64,000 bases of DNA, taken from assembly GCA_013265495.1 (NCBI GenBank), contig MU058054.1:496001-560000 (forward strand). Reading direction: 5' to 3'. The notes under the pieces were generated by a model, which was not told the DNA's origin, did no database searches, and saw nothing but the letters and a program-made list of their open reading frames with translations. Each line of letters begins with the position of its first letter. The first letter of the stretch is position 1. Positions 1 through 13,519 of the stretch are shown piece by piece. The stretch is from Vicugna vicugna. Lineage: Eukaryota. A program made the translations under genes and the position numbers.

Positions 1-728
1 CTCCATCTAGACGCCACCCTCCTCAGGAAGCCTTCTCTGTCCCCAAAGCTAGATCAGGTGCTCCTTCTTTGTGCTCACAGAGCATCTAATGCTTAAGCAT
101 TTACCACTCTGCCTGGTAATTATGAGTCTTCCTGGTCCTCCCACATGGAACACTGTTTCCTGTTACCCTCACTGACTGGACCGTGAGCTCCTTGAAGGAA
201 TGAACTGTATATTCACTGTACCTCCATCACCTAGCACAGGGCTTGGCTAGATAGTTGCTATCCCATAAATATTCACTGTATGGAAAACTGGCCATATAAA
301 TAAGAGAAAAACCCAGCGAGAGATCTCAGGTCCCCGCTTTACATTTACCAGCTGAGTGACCTTGAGAAAGGCATGTGATTCGTACCTTGGTGTTCTCAAC
401 TATAAAAATGAGAAAAATGCCTGCCTTGCTCACCTCCAAAGTGTTAGGAAGATCAAAATCAAGGAAGCTGGTATGTGGGAAACTTTCCTAGACAGTACTT
501 TAAAAAAATCTTAAATAGGGCCCAGGGCTATGAATCGCCCACTTCCAAGCAACAGTACATAGAAGAAAACTGTCCATGACAATGGATGATACAGAAACAA
601 GATGACTGAAATGTTTAGACCAAGTACAGAGGCAGAATTTAACTGTTGATCAAGGCTATCAGTATCTCCTTCCCTTCCATCAATTACTATAGTATAATTA
701 GATAATAAAACAAGTAAAAGGGCTCCAT

Positions 729-836
729 TATATGTCCATGAATGACTGAAAAATTGTGCTGAACACTGGAATTTGACACAACATTGTAAAATGATTATAA
801 ATCAATAAAAAAATGTTAAAAAAAATCACATAAAAA
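729..836 (+). mobile_element. Young 5'-truncated L1 3' end
   Basis: tgacacaacattgtaaa...aataaaa tail; TSD AAAAGGGCTCCAT at 716-728 and 837-849. Confidence 0.8.
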
Positions 837-1879
837 AAAAGGGCTCCATAAGGAACACTGCTTCTCCTTCTGGAAGTTCATCAAGGGCAGGGAACATGTC
901 TTGTATTTTCTCTCTTACAGCAGAGGTATTAACCTGGGGTCTATGTGGGCCTTGGGACACCCTCGATGTTCCTGAACTCCTATGTGAAATGCTGCACCGT
1001 GTGAATTTTCTAGGAAAAGAATAAACAACTTTCCTCACATTTTCAAAAAAAGGCCCATGTCCCCAAAAATGTAAGGAACTACCGCCATACAGTGCCTAGC
1101 ACTGTGCCATACAGCTAATGGCTGCTCCCCGATTGCTTAAGGGAAGGAACCAATACAGCAGCGGTGATTACGTACTGTCACTGATCTAACTCACTCAGTG
1201 GCAAGTCTTAGATATCAAATCACATCTATTATTCTTCTGTACGTTTATAACAGAAACGCTTCCCAAATCTCTCCTTAGCATGCCTTCTAACAGACAATAT
1301 AAATAGTACCGGTATGAGGAATATACTTACAAGGAATAAGCATGCTGGCTTTTTGCTACTGATGATAAAATTTTCAAATTCCTGTTTTGTCAGTACTGCA
1401 AGCACACCCCATTATATGTAGCTCAATCAGTAATTACAGCAATAATCAATAAACTAACCAACTATCTGCAGTCCATAGTTAATTTATCAGTTTTCCTAGT
1501 GAAGAACCCAACTATCGTAACTCTGTCAAACGGCTACAGATTCGATTACAACACTACTCAGATGTGTTACCAGTTATATTTTCTTTCAACTATTTCTTAT
1601 ACTTTACATTAAGAGGCTCTCTGACGCTGAGCTCTCAGGAAGCACATAACTGCTCCAGTCAAAAATGACATGTGATGATAATCTATTTCAAATACCAAAT
1701 TAATAGCTGTATTTACTTACCTGGCTTCAGGTCCCCCCAGCTCCCTGATAACTCACTGCCTCTGCCTTGAGGTGACTACAAGTGTGCACATACTCTTCCT
1801 TAAATGACCCTAGAGGGTCCGCATATGGTCATGGACCGATCAAACGATGAGAAAGAAATCACAATGAAAAGTCTTCCAA

Positions 1880-2190
1880 TGAAAAGGTCAACAGGGAAAA
1901 ACTCTGGGGCCTGTTTATAGGCTAATGTTATTAGACAGATGTATTTATTAGTGATTTGAAAATGAAAAAGACGGTAAGTCGGCCAAGTTTAACGATAACA
2001 CTATTTGTTTTGGACAGTAAAACCATAAAGGATGTTGGGGGCTCCAGATGGTCTTAATAGAAGAGAGGTTTGGATAGCCAACGGCAGACAAAGTTCAACT
2101 TGGCTAAGTTCAAGGTAATGTGTGTTGGCAGGAGGAGTTTAAATTTGTATTCAGCAATGGATCCAAAACTTGTAGGATCCTCTCAGCTGA
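1880..2190 (+). mobile_element. CR1/L3 LINE RT fragment
   Basis: Frameshifted FISDL...SAKFNDNTICF...QTKFNLAKFKVMCVGRR resembles CR1 FINDL...AKFADDTKLF...QMKFNVDKCKVMHIG. Confidence 0.75.
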
Positions 2191-2288
2191 AGCTCGCATA
2201 GTCATCACCATGGCCAGCCTGGGGCTTTGTCTACACTGACCTTTCACCTGACTTTAGCAATTCTGCTCTATTTCCAAAGTAGAAGTTT

Positions 2289-2402
2289 TTTTTGTTTTTG
2301 TTTTTTTTTAATTGAAGTACAATCAATTACAATGTGTCAATTTCTGGTGTCCAGCACAATGTCCCAGTGATGCATGTACGTACATATATTCGTTTTCATA
2401 TT
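2289..2402 (-). mobile_element. Young 5'-truncated L1 3' end
   Basis: Same family as 729-836 in reverse; TSD CAAAGTAGAAGTTT at 2275-2288 and 2403-2416. Confidence 0.8.
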
Positions 2403-5400
2403 CAAAGTAGAAGTTTAAATAGCTTCAGGGAACCTGCCACTTAAATAAAACAGGACCATCAGGTCATGCAGACAGCAGGCCTAACAGGACATTCCCTTAC
2501 AAACAGATAGCTTTATTTAGCCAGTCCCAATAATGCTCAATAAAGGTCCAGCCTACTGTTAAACTGCTATTAAAAAAGAAACAAATGAAAAGGTAGTGAG
2601 GAATGAGTAAAGAACACATATGTAACAAAGAAATATATATTGAAAGAAACAACTTGTTTTGAAATTGCCAACTCCAGGTTGACAATTTACTGAATTCCTC
2701 TAACTTTACTGTATTACAGCAAATTTATGTTCACCTTTTAGATGTATGTAGAAAATACCCCTGTTGTTTCCAGTAAAACTGGTCCTATGAAAACAGGCTC
2801 ATTAGGAGTACCAACAGGAGCCTCACACGTTGGTTATGCCCCAGAGCAATCCTACTGCTGGACGTCCATCCTTTCCCCGCAGCTCGCAGCTCACGTGTCT
2901 CTGGAAGAGGAGCTCCTAGCTGTAGCCCCCAGGGGACTAACTGATGTCCTACAGGGTTCTGCCCCCTCACACCAGCTGCCTCGGGAGAGGACCCTAGAGG
3001 AACCCACCTAAGCCCTCCACGGCTGATGCTGAACTGAGAGCATGGCCACCTTGATGACAAAATACTGGTGATTCAAAGGACGCCGAGTGCCCCGGGGCCA
3101 CCCTGGCTGAGGCCGGCTGCCTCTCCCTCTGCTTCCATGAGCTGCACAATAAACTGGTGCCCATTTCAGTGTGCTTCTGCTCCTTGCTGGCAAAGGTGCT
3201 CTAAGATACTTCACAACAGGGGCTGAGTAAGGGGCTACTATAGCCTGAGCACTATTTCAAGGGCATCCAAACGTCCCAGACAACACAGAGAAAAGAATTA
3301 AAATAATCTGTCTTGGAAAAAAAAAGTTGTATTCTTTAACTAGGATGAGAAAACCAGTAATACAAAAACTTCATTATAGCTTAGAACATGTCACTATTTG
3401 AGTTTAAAACAATTAAATAATGTTCCAAACTATGTACTGATTTCATGAGGTTCTCACAGTCCTGTCCCCACCCTGCCAGGAGAGGGTCATGTGTTATCAG
3501 TTGTTTGGATGGATCGCATTGAATTAGGGGACTAGCCACTCACTGAAGACAGAGCTGACTTTGCCTCCCGCAGAGTTCAAAGTAGGGCCCCTACTTAATA
3601 TGGAGCGTGTTTAAAAGCACCATGTGGGAAATGAGCCTCCAATCTCTGTTCTTTGAAGAAAACTTCCTACCAGCAAAGGCCCTGGGGCTGTTAAACATTC
3701 AGCTCCTAAGTGGGCAACAAATTCTCAGCCTTGGAGGTAAGGACGAAATCTCAATCTGGAAAACTTCAAAAGCCCACAGAGTATTTGTTTACATTCCTTT
3801 GCAAACTCAAGCACACCAACATGCTAGTAAATAGCATTATTTTTCACCATCAGGAAAAAAGTAGTATTTGCAAAAGCTTCCTCAGCAGGATCTCAGCAAA
3901 TGCCAAAACAAAAACACCACTTAAAACCACCAGGAGCGCAGACTGGGAGTCCAGGGCCCAGGTCTGTATCCAAGCCTTCCCGTTCACTAGCAATGTGGCC
4001 TCAGCACTGAATCTCATCTCATTAGACCTCAGATTCCTTATCTGCAAAGAGACAGCTGGACAAGACCCCTAAGGTTCCCTTCCAACTCTGCTTGAGTACC
4101 TGTGATTTTTGAGGGAATCTCCAACTCATGCAGACTAGAATAAAGCAAATCATATCCCAAAATTTACAAGGTGCTACAGAGGTCAAAAAGTATCTTCCCT
4201 CAGGTGACCAACACCTAACAAGGAACACTAAGGTCAAGTACACCAAAGGGAACACTTCCACTCCACTAAAACACAAGGTCTCTGCCATGATGGGAGGCAT
4301 TGCAGTCACACTTATCTCGTCCTCTTCCGGCAATGTGGAGACATGGTATAAAGAGAGCGGGCAAAATGAAGAAAACGATTCTTGTTAATACTGTGCTCCA
4401 CTCAAACAAGCCTCTCAGTATCGAGAGAACCAGGTGTAATAAATCCTTTATTACACATGGGATTTAGCAGAAACAAACGTGAATCCATTTACAAAAGCAA
4501 GATGTACTGCTGAGTTTCTTGATGAAAGGTCATCTGAAAGCAGAGGTTAACATTCAAATAACCCCCTCCTATAAAAGGGTCTCAGTGATAAATAAAGCTT
4601 ATAATGAATCAATAAATAAGGCCCAGCGTTGTTTGATGCTCTAAGGAGATGAAGCCAGCACTACTAGACAACCGATACGAACAGACAGAAGAAAAGTGGC
4701 GTATTATCTTCAATCTCTCTAGAAAATGAGAGGGGGAAAAACAGGAACAACAAAAAAATGTAAACTACTTTAAGGGACCATTTAATAGGGTCCTTTAAAT
4801 AATTAGCAGTGATCAGGTATTTAGTTTTCAGAATATGTAGGTTGTGTGTATTTGTTTTTCTAATAAAGCATTTCAAATTCTAATTAAAAAAATACTTTAT
4901 GGAGAAGTTAAAAAGATACAATAGTGTCAGAGGAAAAGCCATGATCCCAGAAGTGGAATATTCCAACAACATAACTTACAAGAAACTACGCTATAAAAAC
5001 AGATTGTTGATTAACACAAACTCATAACAAAACGCAGAGAGCTATCGCAATGGTGCTGTAATAACACTTGGCGGCTGAATTCTCTCAATACATTAAATAT
5101 CTCCTTGGAGACCAAATTACTTTACATTTTCTTAAAAGACAATTTATTATAGCTTTGTTTTCTTCTCATTATCTCTTAAAAATATATCTAATGAAGAAAG
5201 GAACACAACTTCTAAATAACTTACATAAAATGGTACTAATGTGTGACAACAGACTTTGGTTTAATATGCTGGTTATTATCTACAGCCCACAACAACCTGC
5301 TGTCGTGACAAATCCTTACCACAGAGCAACAGTCCACGTGTCACATGTATCACAAACCACTGTATGCCATTATTATGGCACACATAAAGCGAGCAGCTGA

Positions 5401-5782
5401 AGGCTGCTGGCAATTTAAATAATTGATAAGTTTCCAATGAAAAAGGCAACATTTTCAGGTCTAATACAAAAATCTATTTAAATTACTGATAAAAACGCAT
5501 GCTTCTGTTGGCCCAAAGCCAGAAAATGCTTGCATCCAAGGGGGAAAAAAGTAATTCTCTAAGTTTCAACTCAGAAGTTGCTGGGGTTTTTTGTTTTGCT
5601 TTGTTTTGTCTTTTAATGCAGAGATCCAGGTGGTTTATTCATTTAACCTTTATAATCAATGGAAAAGAATGATCAAAGGATTTATGGTGACAGTGTGTCT
5701 CATTTTGCCTTCCCCATATGGTTTTTAAAGAAATACTAAGGTGACTGCAAATTTATGGAATTCCATATGAAAAACTAAGCTT

Positions 5783-5847
5783 TATATATATATAAATAGT
5801 ATATATATAGTATATATATATATAGTAAATATATATATAGTAAATAT
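5783..5847. repeat. (TA)n-derived low-complexity repeat
   Basis: tatatatatataaatagtatatatatagtatatatatatatagtaaatatatatatagtaaatat. Confidence 0.9.
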
Positions 5848-6975
5848 GTGGTCATTTTTCAGTGTCTTCCCCATGCCAACACCCAAATCCTGGAATCATT
5901 TTTCTGAACCAAATTGAACCTAAAAAATAAGAGACCAATGCAGGTGTTTAAAAACAGAGTGGCAACTTAAGACTACCAACCAAGACCTATTTTAAGATTA
6001 AGGCCAAATGGTTCTCTTTATGGCAAAACTGTAACCCAAAGGAATCTCAGCCATAAGAACCAAGACAGACCAAGAGGACAACAAGCCAATCTTGTCTATG
6101 CTTTCTGAGACAGAGATCCCCCTACTCTTTGCTTTTTAATTGTTTATTCAGACCTGACTCTGCTTAAACAAAGAGTATGTGATGGTAGGCGCTGCCTCAA
6201 GAAATAAGGGGGAAAGGAAACCCACTTAGGTTTTAAGGAACTTAAAACGTTATCCTTCTCAAGTGTATTTTCACCTTCTTTTTCATTTTAAAAATAATTT
6301 GCCCCAACACTCTGAATTAGGAGAGTGGGGCTCTAGTTTAAGTTAAAATTCTTTGGGGCCTCAGGCTCTCACTATAAACATTAAGAGAATTCATGAGAGG
6401 ACCTGGACTTGACATCCTGACCCAGTCCGTGGACCACTGCCAATTCACAAAGAAAGTTTTCACCACCCAGAGCAAATCAACAAAATTAAGAATAATATAG
6501 TGAGTTTTACATAAAACTAAATTTACTCACTTAGTGATCATCTTTACTTTCGAGGTTATGTACTGCCCACTGTTTTAATCTTTAAATGACTCCCATTCTT
6601 TTTCTTTAATAAAGTAATGGTTAACAGTACATTTTTATTAGTTTATTTTATTGTTTTTATTTAGCAAAATTAAAAGTTATCATGCCTATGTCTCTCCCTC
6701 AGTCTAAAAATGAAAAAATTGATTAGTTCACAAAATCCAAATATTTGGGGATCAGTAAGTTAGATGAGCATTTTTCAGACTAAAAAGTGGCTCTCAAGAA
6801 ATCTCAGGGACTTTTAAGTCTAAGGACAATTATATAACTCTGATATTTTACTACAGTGCAAAAATAAACACTGCATTTGAGAAAATAAGCATAAGTCATG
6901 AGGAATATATAATACAGATAACTAAGATATTATATAAACACAAATCATTTAGAATGTAATTACGGTGGTAACATA

Positions 6976-7355
6976 TGTTAAAAAAAGAGACAACAGGCCC
7001 AAAATGGAGTCACGTGTGCCAAATCCAAGTCACCAAACCAAGACTTAAAATACCTATCCTAATTATAGTCCCAGCCTCTCCCAGGAAGGTAATCGTAACC
7101 TGTCCGTCTGCAATTTCCTGGTCAGCACTAATGAGGTAATCCACCCGATAGACCCCCGCTGCCTCCTAAAGGAAGGTGACCTTGCCTGGAACCATCAGCT
7201 CTTGGCGAAAATTACTTCCTTGTCCTGCCTCCTGCCTACAGAAGTCTTCAGACTGCCTTTCTATCTGCTAGATGGCTTGCTGTCCTACTCATGAATCACT
7301 GCATCAGGCCCGTAAGAGCTTGAAAATCTACTCAGTTGAATTTTGTTTTTCAACA
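6976..7355 (+). mobile_element. Solo LTR, ERV1-like (380 bp)
   Basis: TG...CA termini; ggcccaaaatggagtcac 5' motif; 4-bp TSD CATA/CGTA differing by one CpG-type change. Confidence 0.7.
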
Positions 7356-8254
7356 CGTAGAAAGATCCCAATGCTAACGTGCAAGAGTGGATGGGAGACA
7401 AAAAGTGTAAAACAGTGAAGCAGCATGGGCTCTGGCATAAGGAGAAGCTGAACTTAAATTGCATATTCACATTCATACTAGCTATAAGACCTGGGGCAGG
7501 TCTCTTAACCATAGCGTCCTCATCTGGAAGACAGGGATGGTAATATCTACTTTGCAGAGTGGTTATTAACACCAAAGAAAATTAAATACACCTAGGGTAC
7601 AGTGAGCACTTAGAAACGGAAAGCATTATTACCATTATGATCACATGCCGCAACATTTCCCAAAGAGCACGATTTGTTAGATCTGCCCAAAAGTCCATTT
7701 TTGAAAACACACCTTGTGCGTGTGGTTATGTCAGGGACACAAGAAAAGTACACTGATGTCAGTAATGTACACTCTGCAGTTGGATGTATGCGAAAAAACT
7801 AGAATCCATCTGTGCGTACGTGTGTCTTCTAAAAATAAGCATGTCACATTCTCAGGAGAGTTAGCCAATCCATCAATACTAGTGCTAGACCTTTCAGCAG
7901 ACAATCCTACTCTGCCTTTCAAGGTACCGACGAGCTCTGCTCTAAATTCTCAGGGCACAAAGACTCTCAAATAAGGTAATGGGAAGTCAATGGGAAATTG
8001 ACTTTTCCTACTCTGTGCTGGTGTGAATGCAACGCTCTGTTAATCATGCCCTCCTTCTTGTTCTCTTTCCTCCCACCCTAAATTAAAACTATCAGCGGAA
8101 ACCCATACAGATGTTTTACAGTTTTCATTACAATGAAACAATGTCCTGGTTGAAGTTGAGGTCTATCAAAAATCCACCACCTAACTGTTGGCTGAGATGA
8201 GAGTCTGGCAGACAAGCCAGGGCCCTGATTCCATCATTTCCACCATGATACCAC

Positions 8255-8480
8255 TTTGCATTTGTATAGAATCCTCTTAACTTTTCAAAGGGCTTTCACA
8301 TCTATTACCCCATTTGATCATTACAATGACCCTGTGCAGGAGAAAGGACAGGCATTATTATCCACAATTGACAGATGAGGCAACCACAGCACAGAAAGGT
8401 TAAGTGTTTCGCCTAAGGCCAGGAAGCCAGAGGAGAGCAGTGGTTTCTGGACTTCAAGTCCGGTGCTTTTTTTTCACCAG
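8255..8480 (-). mobile_element. MIR (representative; similar remnants at ~330, 3930, 7410, 9750, 19190, 21690, 22985, 25270, 25620, 32550, 51460, 57040)
   Basis: ggcattattatccacaattgacagatgaggcaacc..aggttaagtg..gcctaagg is the MIR core. Confidence 0.7.
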
Positions 8481-9244
8481 ACCTCTGGACCAGGTTTTGT
8501 ACACAGATTGTAAAGGCAGATAAAATGAGTAAGAGAAAATAAAACAGAGTAAAAGAAAAGAACAAATGAGGGCTCAGGGAAGCTATGTCTCTTCACTGTA
8601 GTTGAATTTTTCAAGCTTAGAATTTAAGTTTTTAGAAATGGATTCTTTTTTCATCTACTTCAGTCCTGAGACAAATGTTAATGCAAATTTTCTCTGAAAT
8701 TTGAAACACAAAAGAAAAGTCATTTCAGGATATATTCAAAGGACTTAGATTCTGTAGTTCATTTTGGGGTGGGGGGCAAAGGGGAGTTAGGGCATAAAAT
8801 AACTCAGAATACATCTTTAAATCACATATCCATATCAAGCCTGCAGCTACATTATAACTACAGTCTGTTTGGAAGGGTGAAAGAGATCTCCAGTCGAAAG
8901 TAGATTTTGAAAAATTTTTTAGAGCCCAGGGGTTCATTTTTAATGAGCCGTTACTTTAAGTACTGCATAAAAAATACAGGAAATTGATAGTCCATTTAGT
9001 CTGCACCATACCTAATGCAAAAGTCATTAAGATGCATTATTCTTAATGTTCATGATATGATCAGTAAGTGCCTTTCAAAAAGAATGCTCTTAACTTTCAC
9101 GTAAGGAAATGTTTAAAAAGATTATATATTACACAGAAAAATATTATAGGAACTGTGATTTACTTTTATATCTTCACTATGCCAAGAAACAGCATCCTCG
9201 ATTACATGAACTTTTAAAAAAAAAGTCATTTGTAATATACTTAC

Positions 9245-9312
9245 ATATGACAGCATTGCCTTCATTTCTTCATCACTTCTCACTGTAATTCGATCACCAT
9301 CTTCATCTTCAT
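9245..9312 (-). CDS. MAP2K5: MAP2K5 coding exon 3 (68 nt): (Y)EDEDGDRITVRSDEEMKAMLSY, acidic OPCA motif of PB1
   Basis: Acceptor aaacag| and donor |gtaagt; phase 1 start matches exon 2; cumulative CDS 252 nt. Exon 4 was not found and presumably lies left of the window. Confidence 0.97.
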
Positions 9313-12300
9313 CTGTTTAAAAAGCAACATCATGCAAGTCATACGATTTGCATTTGTGTAATGTACAAAAACTACATCAACTGGGAACGTAATATAATTG
9401 GTTTGTACAACGTGATACCCAAATCCTCAACACCACATTTTAGGGATGGTGACTTTATTGGTTTGTTGGGGTTTTCTTGTTGCTGTTCAGAAAACAACCA
9501 CAATCTCAATAGAGAACTAAAAATTTTAGGGACAGCTGAAAATTAAAATAGTGCTCACATCATTCATGACACATATCTAAGTTAAGGTGAGCAGAACTTG
9601 AGTATGACTAAATAGGTTTCGTTAGGAGAACATTAAAAACCAGAGAGGCCAATTTTACTCAACTATTAGTACTTCTTTTCCCACATGGCATCCCATCCCT
9701 TGATCCCTCCCCATCACCCTTTCTCCCAGGCAATCTACCACATCATAATAGCATAATAAAAATGGCTAACATTTCCTGAACACTGCTATACACAAGGCAC
9801 TGAGATTTATGCTCCACACACAACATCCCCTTAACCTCACAACGATCCCCTGATGTGGACAGTACAACTTATTATCATCACTCCCTTGATGCAGAACTGG
9901 AAGCCTCGTGTAAGGTTAACGTCAACGGTTCTCGTCATCACCCACTTGACCTTGTAGCTCTTCTCTTTTCCAACTGCTCCATTTGTACTGGGTACTCTGG
10001 GACCACAGGAAGCTTCAAATGGTGGTCTGTGCTACTGTGAAATTATTTAATGGTCCCAAAACTAGAGGGTAGTAAGACTTCCCAAAATACTTAACCAGAA
10101 TGGATACATTTGAGTAAGTGGATCATCAAAGTAGCCACAACCGGAAACAATGTACTTATTTCATTAATGCTTCTCTTATTCAAAATAGTTTTGAAATACC
10201 TCTTCAAAACAGCTTTAAGAACCTGAAGATAAACCACGTGAACATATCAGATCTCATTTTTAGCCCTAAATGGAACTGTCCATCTGATCACTCACTCAAC
10301 CTACACAATGTACCAGGCAGGACCAAGAATAACTTTTGGCTGTTTCTGAATATTTAGTTAGTTACTTCACTCTACTAAAGATAAAAGTCTGTGAACAGGA
10401 GAACAACCTATGCGGTAGACTCTACATGTACAGCTGAAAGAAAAATGCCAAAACATTTTGAGCGATGGCGGCACTGCTGGAAGACACAGCCTCCCAGGGG
10501 GACAACTTGGAAGGGACAGGCTCTCTCTCATTTTCGTGCCTCAGCTCTGGTGCACTTGTTAAACTGTGTTATTATTATTTGGTGGGGGAGGTGCTCTTAG
10601 GCATCTAATTGCTGATTTGATCAGATGCAGAGAACCTGATCCCAGGCACTGGAGAAAAAGATAGATCTCTCATCATAAAGACAGTAAGCTAGCATGACAT
10701 GCTCTGGGGACTCTCACTGAAAATGCAAGGGAGCTCAGTTCAGCACCTGGATCTCAGCCCACACCCCTCAGCAGGCCCTCCCTCCTGTCCACCTACAGTT
10801 CTTAAGCTATCCCCCTACTGGTGAGCAGGCCCTGGGAGCCCTGAGAGGGAGCTTGTATTCGCTCCTAAATAACCACTTCAGAGCAAAATGCTACCTGCTT
10901 TTTCTCCTCAACAGCCAACAGCAACCTGACAGCATGAGGCAGACTGCCACTTGTGCCTGCCCTGCTCAGTGACCAAGCCAACAGCCCTCACTGGGGTCTT
11001 CTCTCTAAAGCAACCGTTACCTGGATCTGAGATACCGTTCACTCCCGCAGAGTTCCCACCTCGATGTAAATCAGTATCATCAAGTCACAGTGTCTGAATA
11101 TCTGCGTAGCTGGGAGCCGTCAGTCACTACTGGTGTCATTACTACCAAGAGTTGCACGCAGGGGACACTTTCAGTAACAAAGAAGGCACATTCCTACGGA
11201 GGTTACATATAGAAAGGACTACACAGAAATCCAGCATTTTCCTGTCCTCTTTTTTTTTTTTTTAAGATACAAATTAGGAGAGAAATGCTATTCTAGTTTT
11301 GGAAACAGAAGGAGTTTCTACACAGGTTTGAGAAACTAGTATTTTCAAGGTTAAGTCAAAAAACTTTCTTGCAAACGCAGGCAACAAAAGGGGCAAAATG
11401 ATACTGTATAAAGGGACATATTACCACACATGAAAGCACTTAACATTTTTGTTTTGAAGCCAAATCAAATGATCGGTTTGGATGTGTACTAAAATGATTT
11501 GTTCCTGATGAAGTCCTGAACTTGGTAAAATTTCCAGCCTGAATAAAGTAGCTTTTTGTAAATCTCACCTGTACACCAGAGCTAGCTATAGAGATGGTCA
11601 CCACACAGGGACAGATGACAGTCAAGTTCAACATTCACAAGGCCTCAGCAAGGCACTGTTCACATGGAACGAGGAAGTGCTTCGAGTTTAATACAACAGG
11701 TGAAAAACCTTTTTATAATTTGTAAAGGGAGGGCACAGATTCCAGAAGAAATCATTTAAACACCGTTTTCTCTAAATCAGTAGCAACAACAAGGACAAAA
11801 AAGAGTTCTTTAAGCTCTCAGAGCCAAGGCTTGAACATTTAAGGTGACTTAGAACAAAGGATTCTGGAATTCTATGAAATCTCGGCGAGATAATTTCAGC
11901 AAAAAAAACTGTGAGGGGGGTCAATTACCAGAAAAAATCATACATATGTAACATATATAACCAAACATACATACATAGAAAATGTAGCAGTTCCATGGAA
12001 AGCAGCTATGAAACACTAAAGGGTACCTTGTGTTAAGTGGACAGGAAACTGAGGACAAATGGCCAGAACAGTTTTTGGTGCAAACTTAAAGCGTTGCAGC
12101 TGTCCCATAAAGAGACAAGGTAGGTTGAAAGACGCATCTTGATAAAGCCTGAGGATAAAACCAGCTTTATATGACACAGTGATGAATAGTTCTTAACGGA
12201 TTAACAAGAGACTCCATTTCACATAGGTACTGCTTTCCCTTACAGAAACTGCTCTTTGGAGGGCTGTTTGCTTCACTCTTTAATATTTGCAATTAGTAGT

Positions 12301-12505
12301 TTCAATGAAGACTTCCTGTTCTTGTCAGAAAGGAGACTGAGTTGGAAAAGTAATTATACATAAGAGAAGACTAATGATTCTGGTCCAAAGGCAAAATCCA
12401 AGCTATCAGACCCTGATGGCAACCCAAGGGCAAACCATAGGCCTTGGCATTTCAAATGAGAATACACTTCTCTCTCAAGACAAGGGATTCCAAGGGAGGC
12501 ATAAA

Positions 12506-13440
12506 AATAACCAAACAGGTACATGAAAAGGAGCTCCATATCCCTAATTATCAGGGAAACAGAAATCAAAACCACAGTGACATATTATCTCACACCTGTT
12601 ACATAACTAGCTTCAAAAAGAGATAGCAAATGTTGGTGAGAGTGTGGAGAAAAGGGAACCCTTGTGTACTGTAGGTGGAAAGGTAAGAGGGACAGCCACT
12701 ATGGAAAACAATATGTGGTTCCTCAAAAAATTAAAATTACATTAACTTCTGATCCAGCAATCGTACTTCTGGGTCTATATCCATAGGAATTGAAATCACA
12801 ACCTCACAGAGAGATCTGCACTCCAATGTTCATTGCAACAGTATCACAATAGCTAAGATATGTAAACAACCTAGGTGTCCATCAATGGATGAATGGATAA
12901 AGAAGATGTGTGTGTGTGTGTGTATAAACACACACGCGCGCGCGCACACACATGCAGAGGAATATTATTCAGCCAAGAAAAAGAAACACGGATGATGAAA
13001 CTTGAGGGCATTATGCTAAGTGAAGTAAGTTAGAGAAAGACAAATACTGTAAAATATCACTTATATGTGGAATCTAAAATAACCCAAACTCAAGAGAAAC
13101 AGTAAAGGTTACCAAGGGCTGAAGGATAGGGAAATGGGGAGATATCTGTCAAAGAGTACAAATTTCCAGTAATAAGGTTAACAAGGTCTGGGGACCTAAT
13201 GCACAGCATGGTGATTATAGTTAATGACACTGTGTTATATACTTGAATGCTGCTAAGAGAATAGATCTTAAATGTTCTCACTACAAAAACAAAATGATAA
13301 TTATGTGTCAGGATGGACATGTTAGCTAACACTATGGTGGCAATCATTTTGCAATATGTAACTGTCAAATCAACATGTGTACACCTTAAACTTACACAAT
13401 GTTATGTGTCAATTATATCTCAAGAAAGCTGGAAAAAAAT
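12506..13440 (+). mobile_element. L1M (L1MA/MB-type) ORF2 end plus 3' UTR
   Basis: atcagggaaa..aaatcaaaaccacagtga, gtccatcaatggatgaatggataaagaa, ending ttatatctcaagaaagctggaaaaaaa. Confidence 0.85.
12907..12951. repeat. Compound (TG)n/(CA)n/(CG)n microsatellite inside L1
   Basis: tgtgtgtgtgtgtgtgtataaacacacacgcgcgcgcgcacacaca. Confidence 0.9.
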
Positions 13441-13519
13441 TCTTTAAATGAAGCAAATGAATTGATAGGAATGAGAAGTGAGGGAAGTGGAAGAAAGCAG
13501 AAACACACACCAAGCAATT

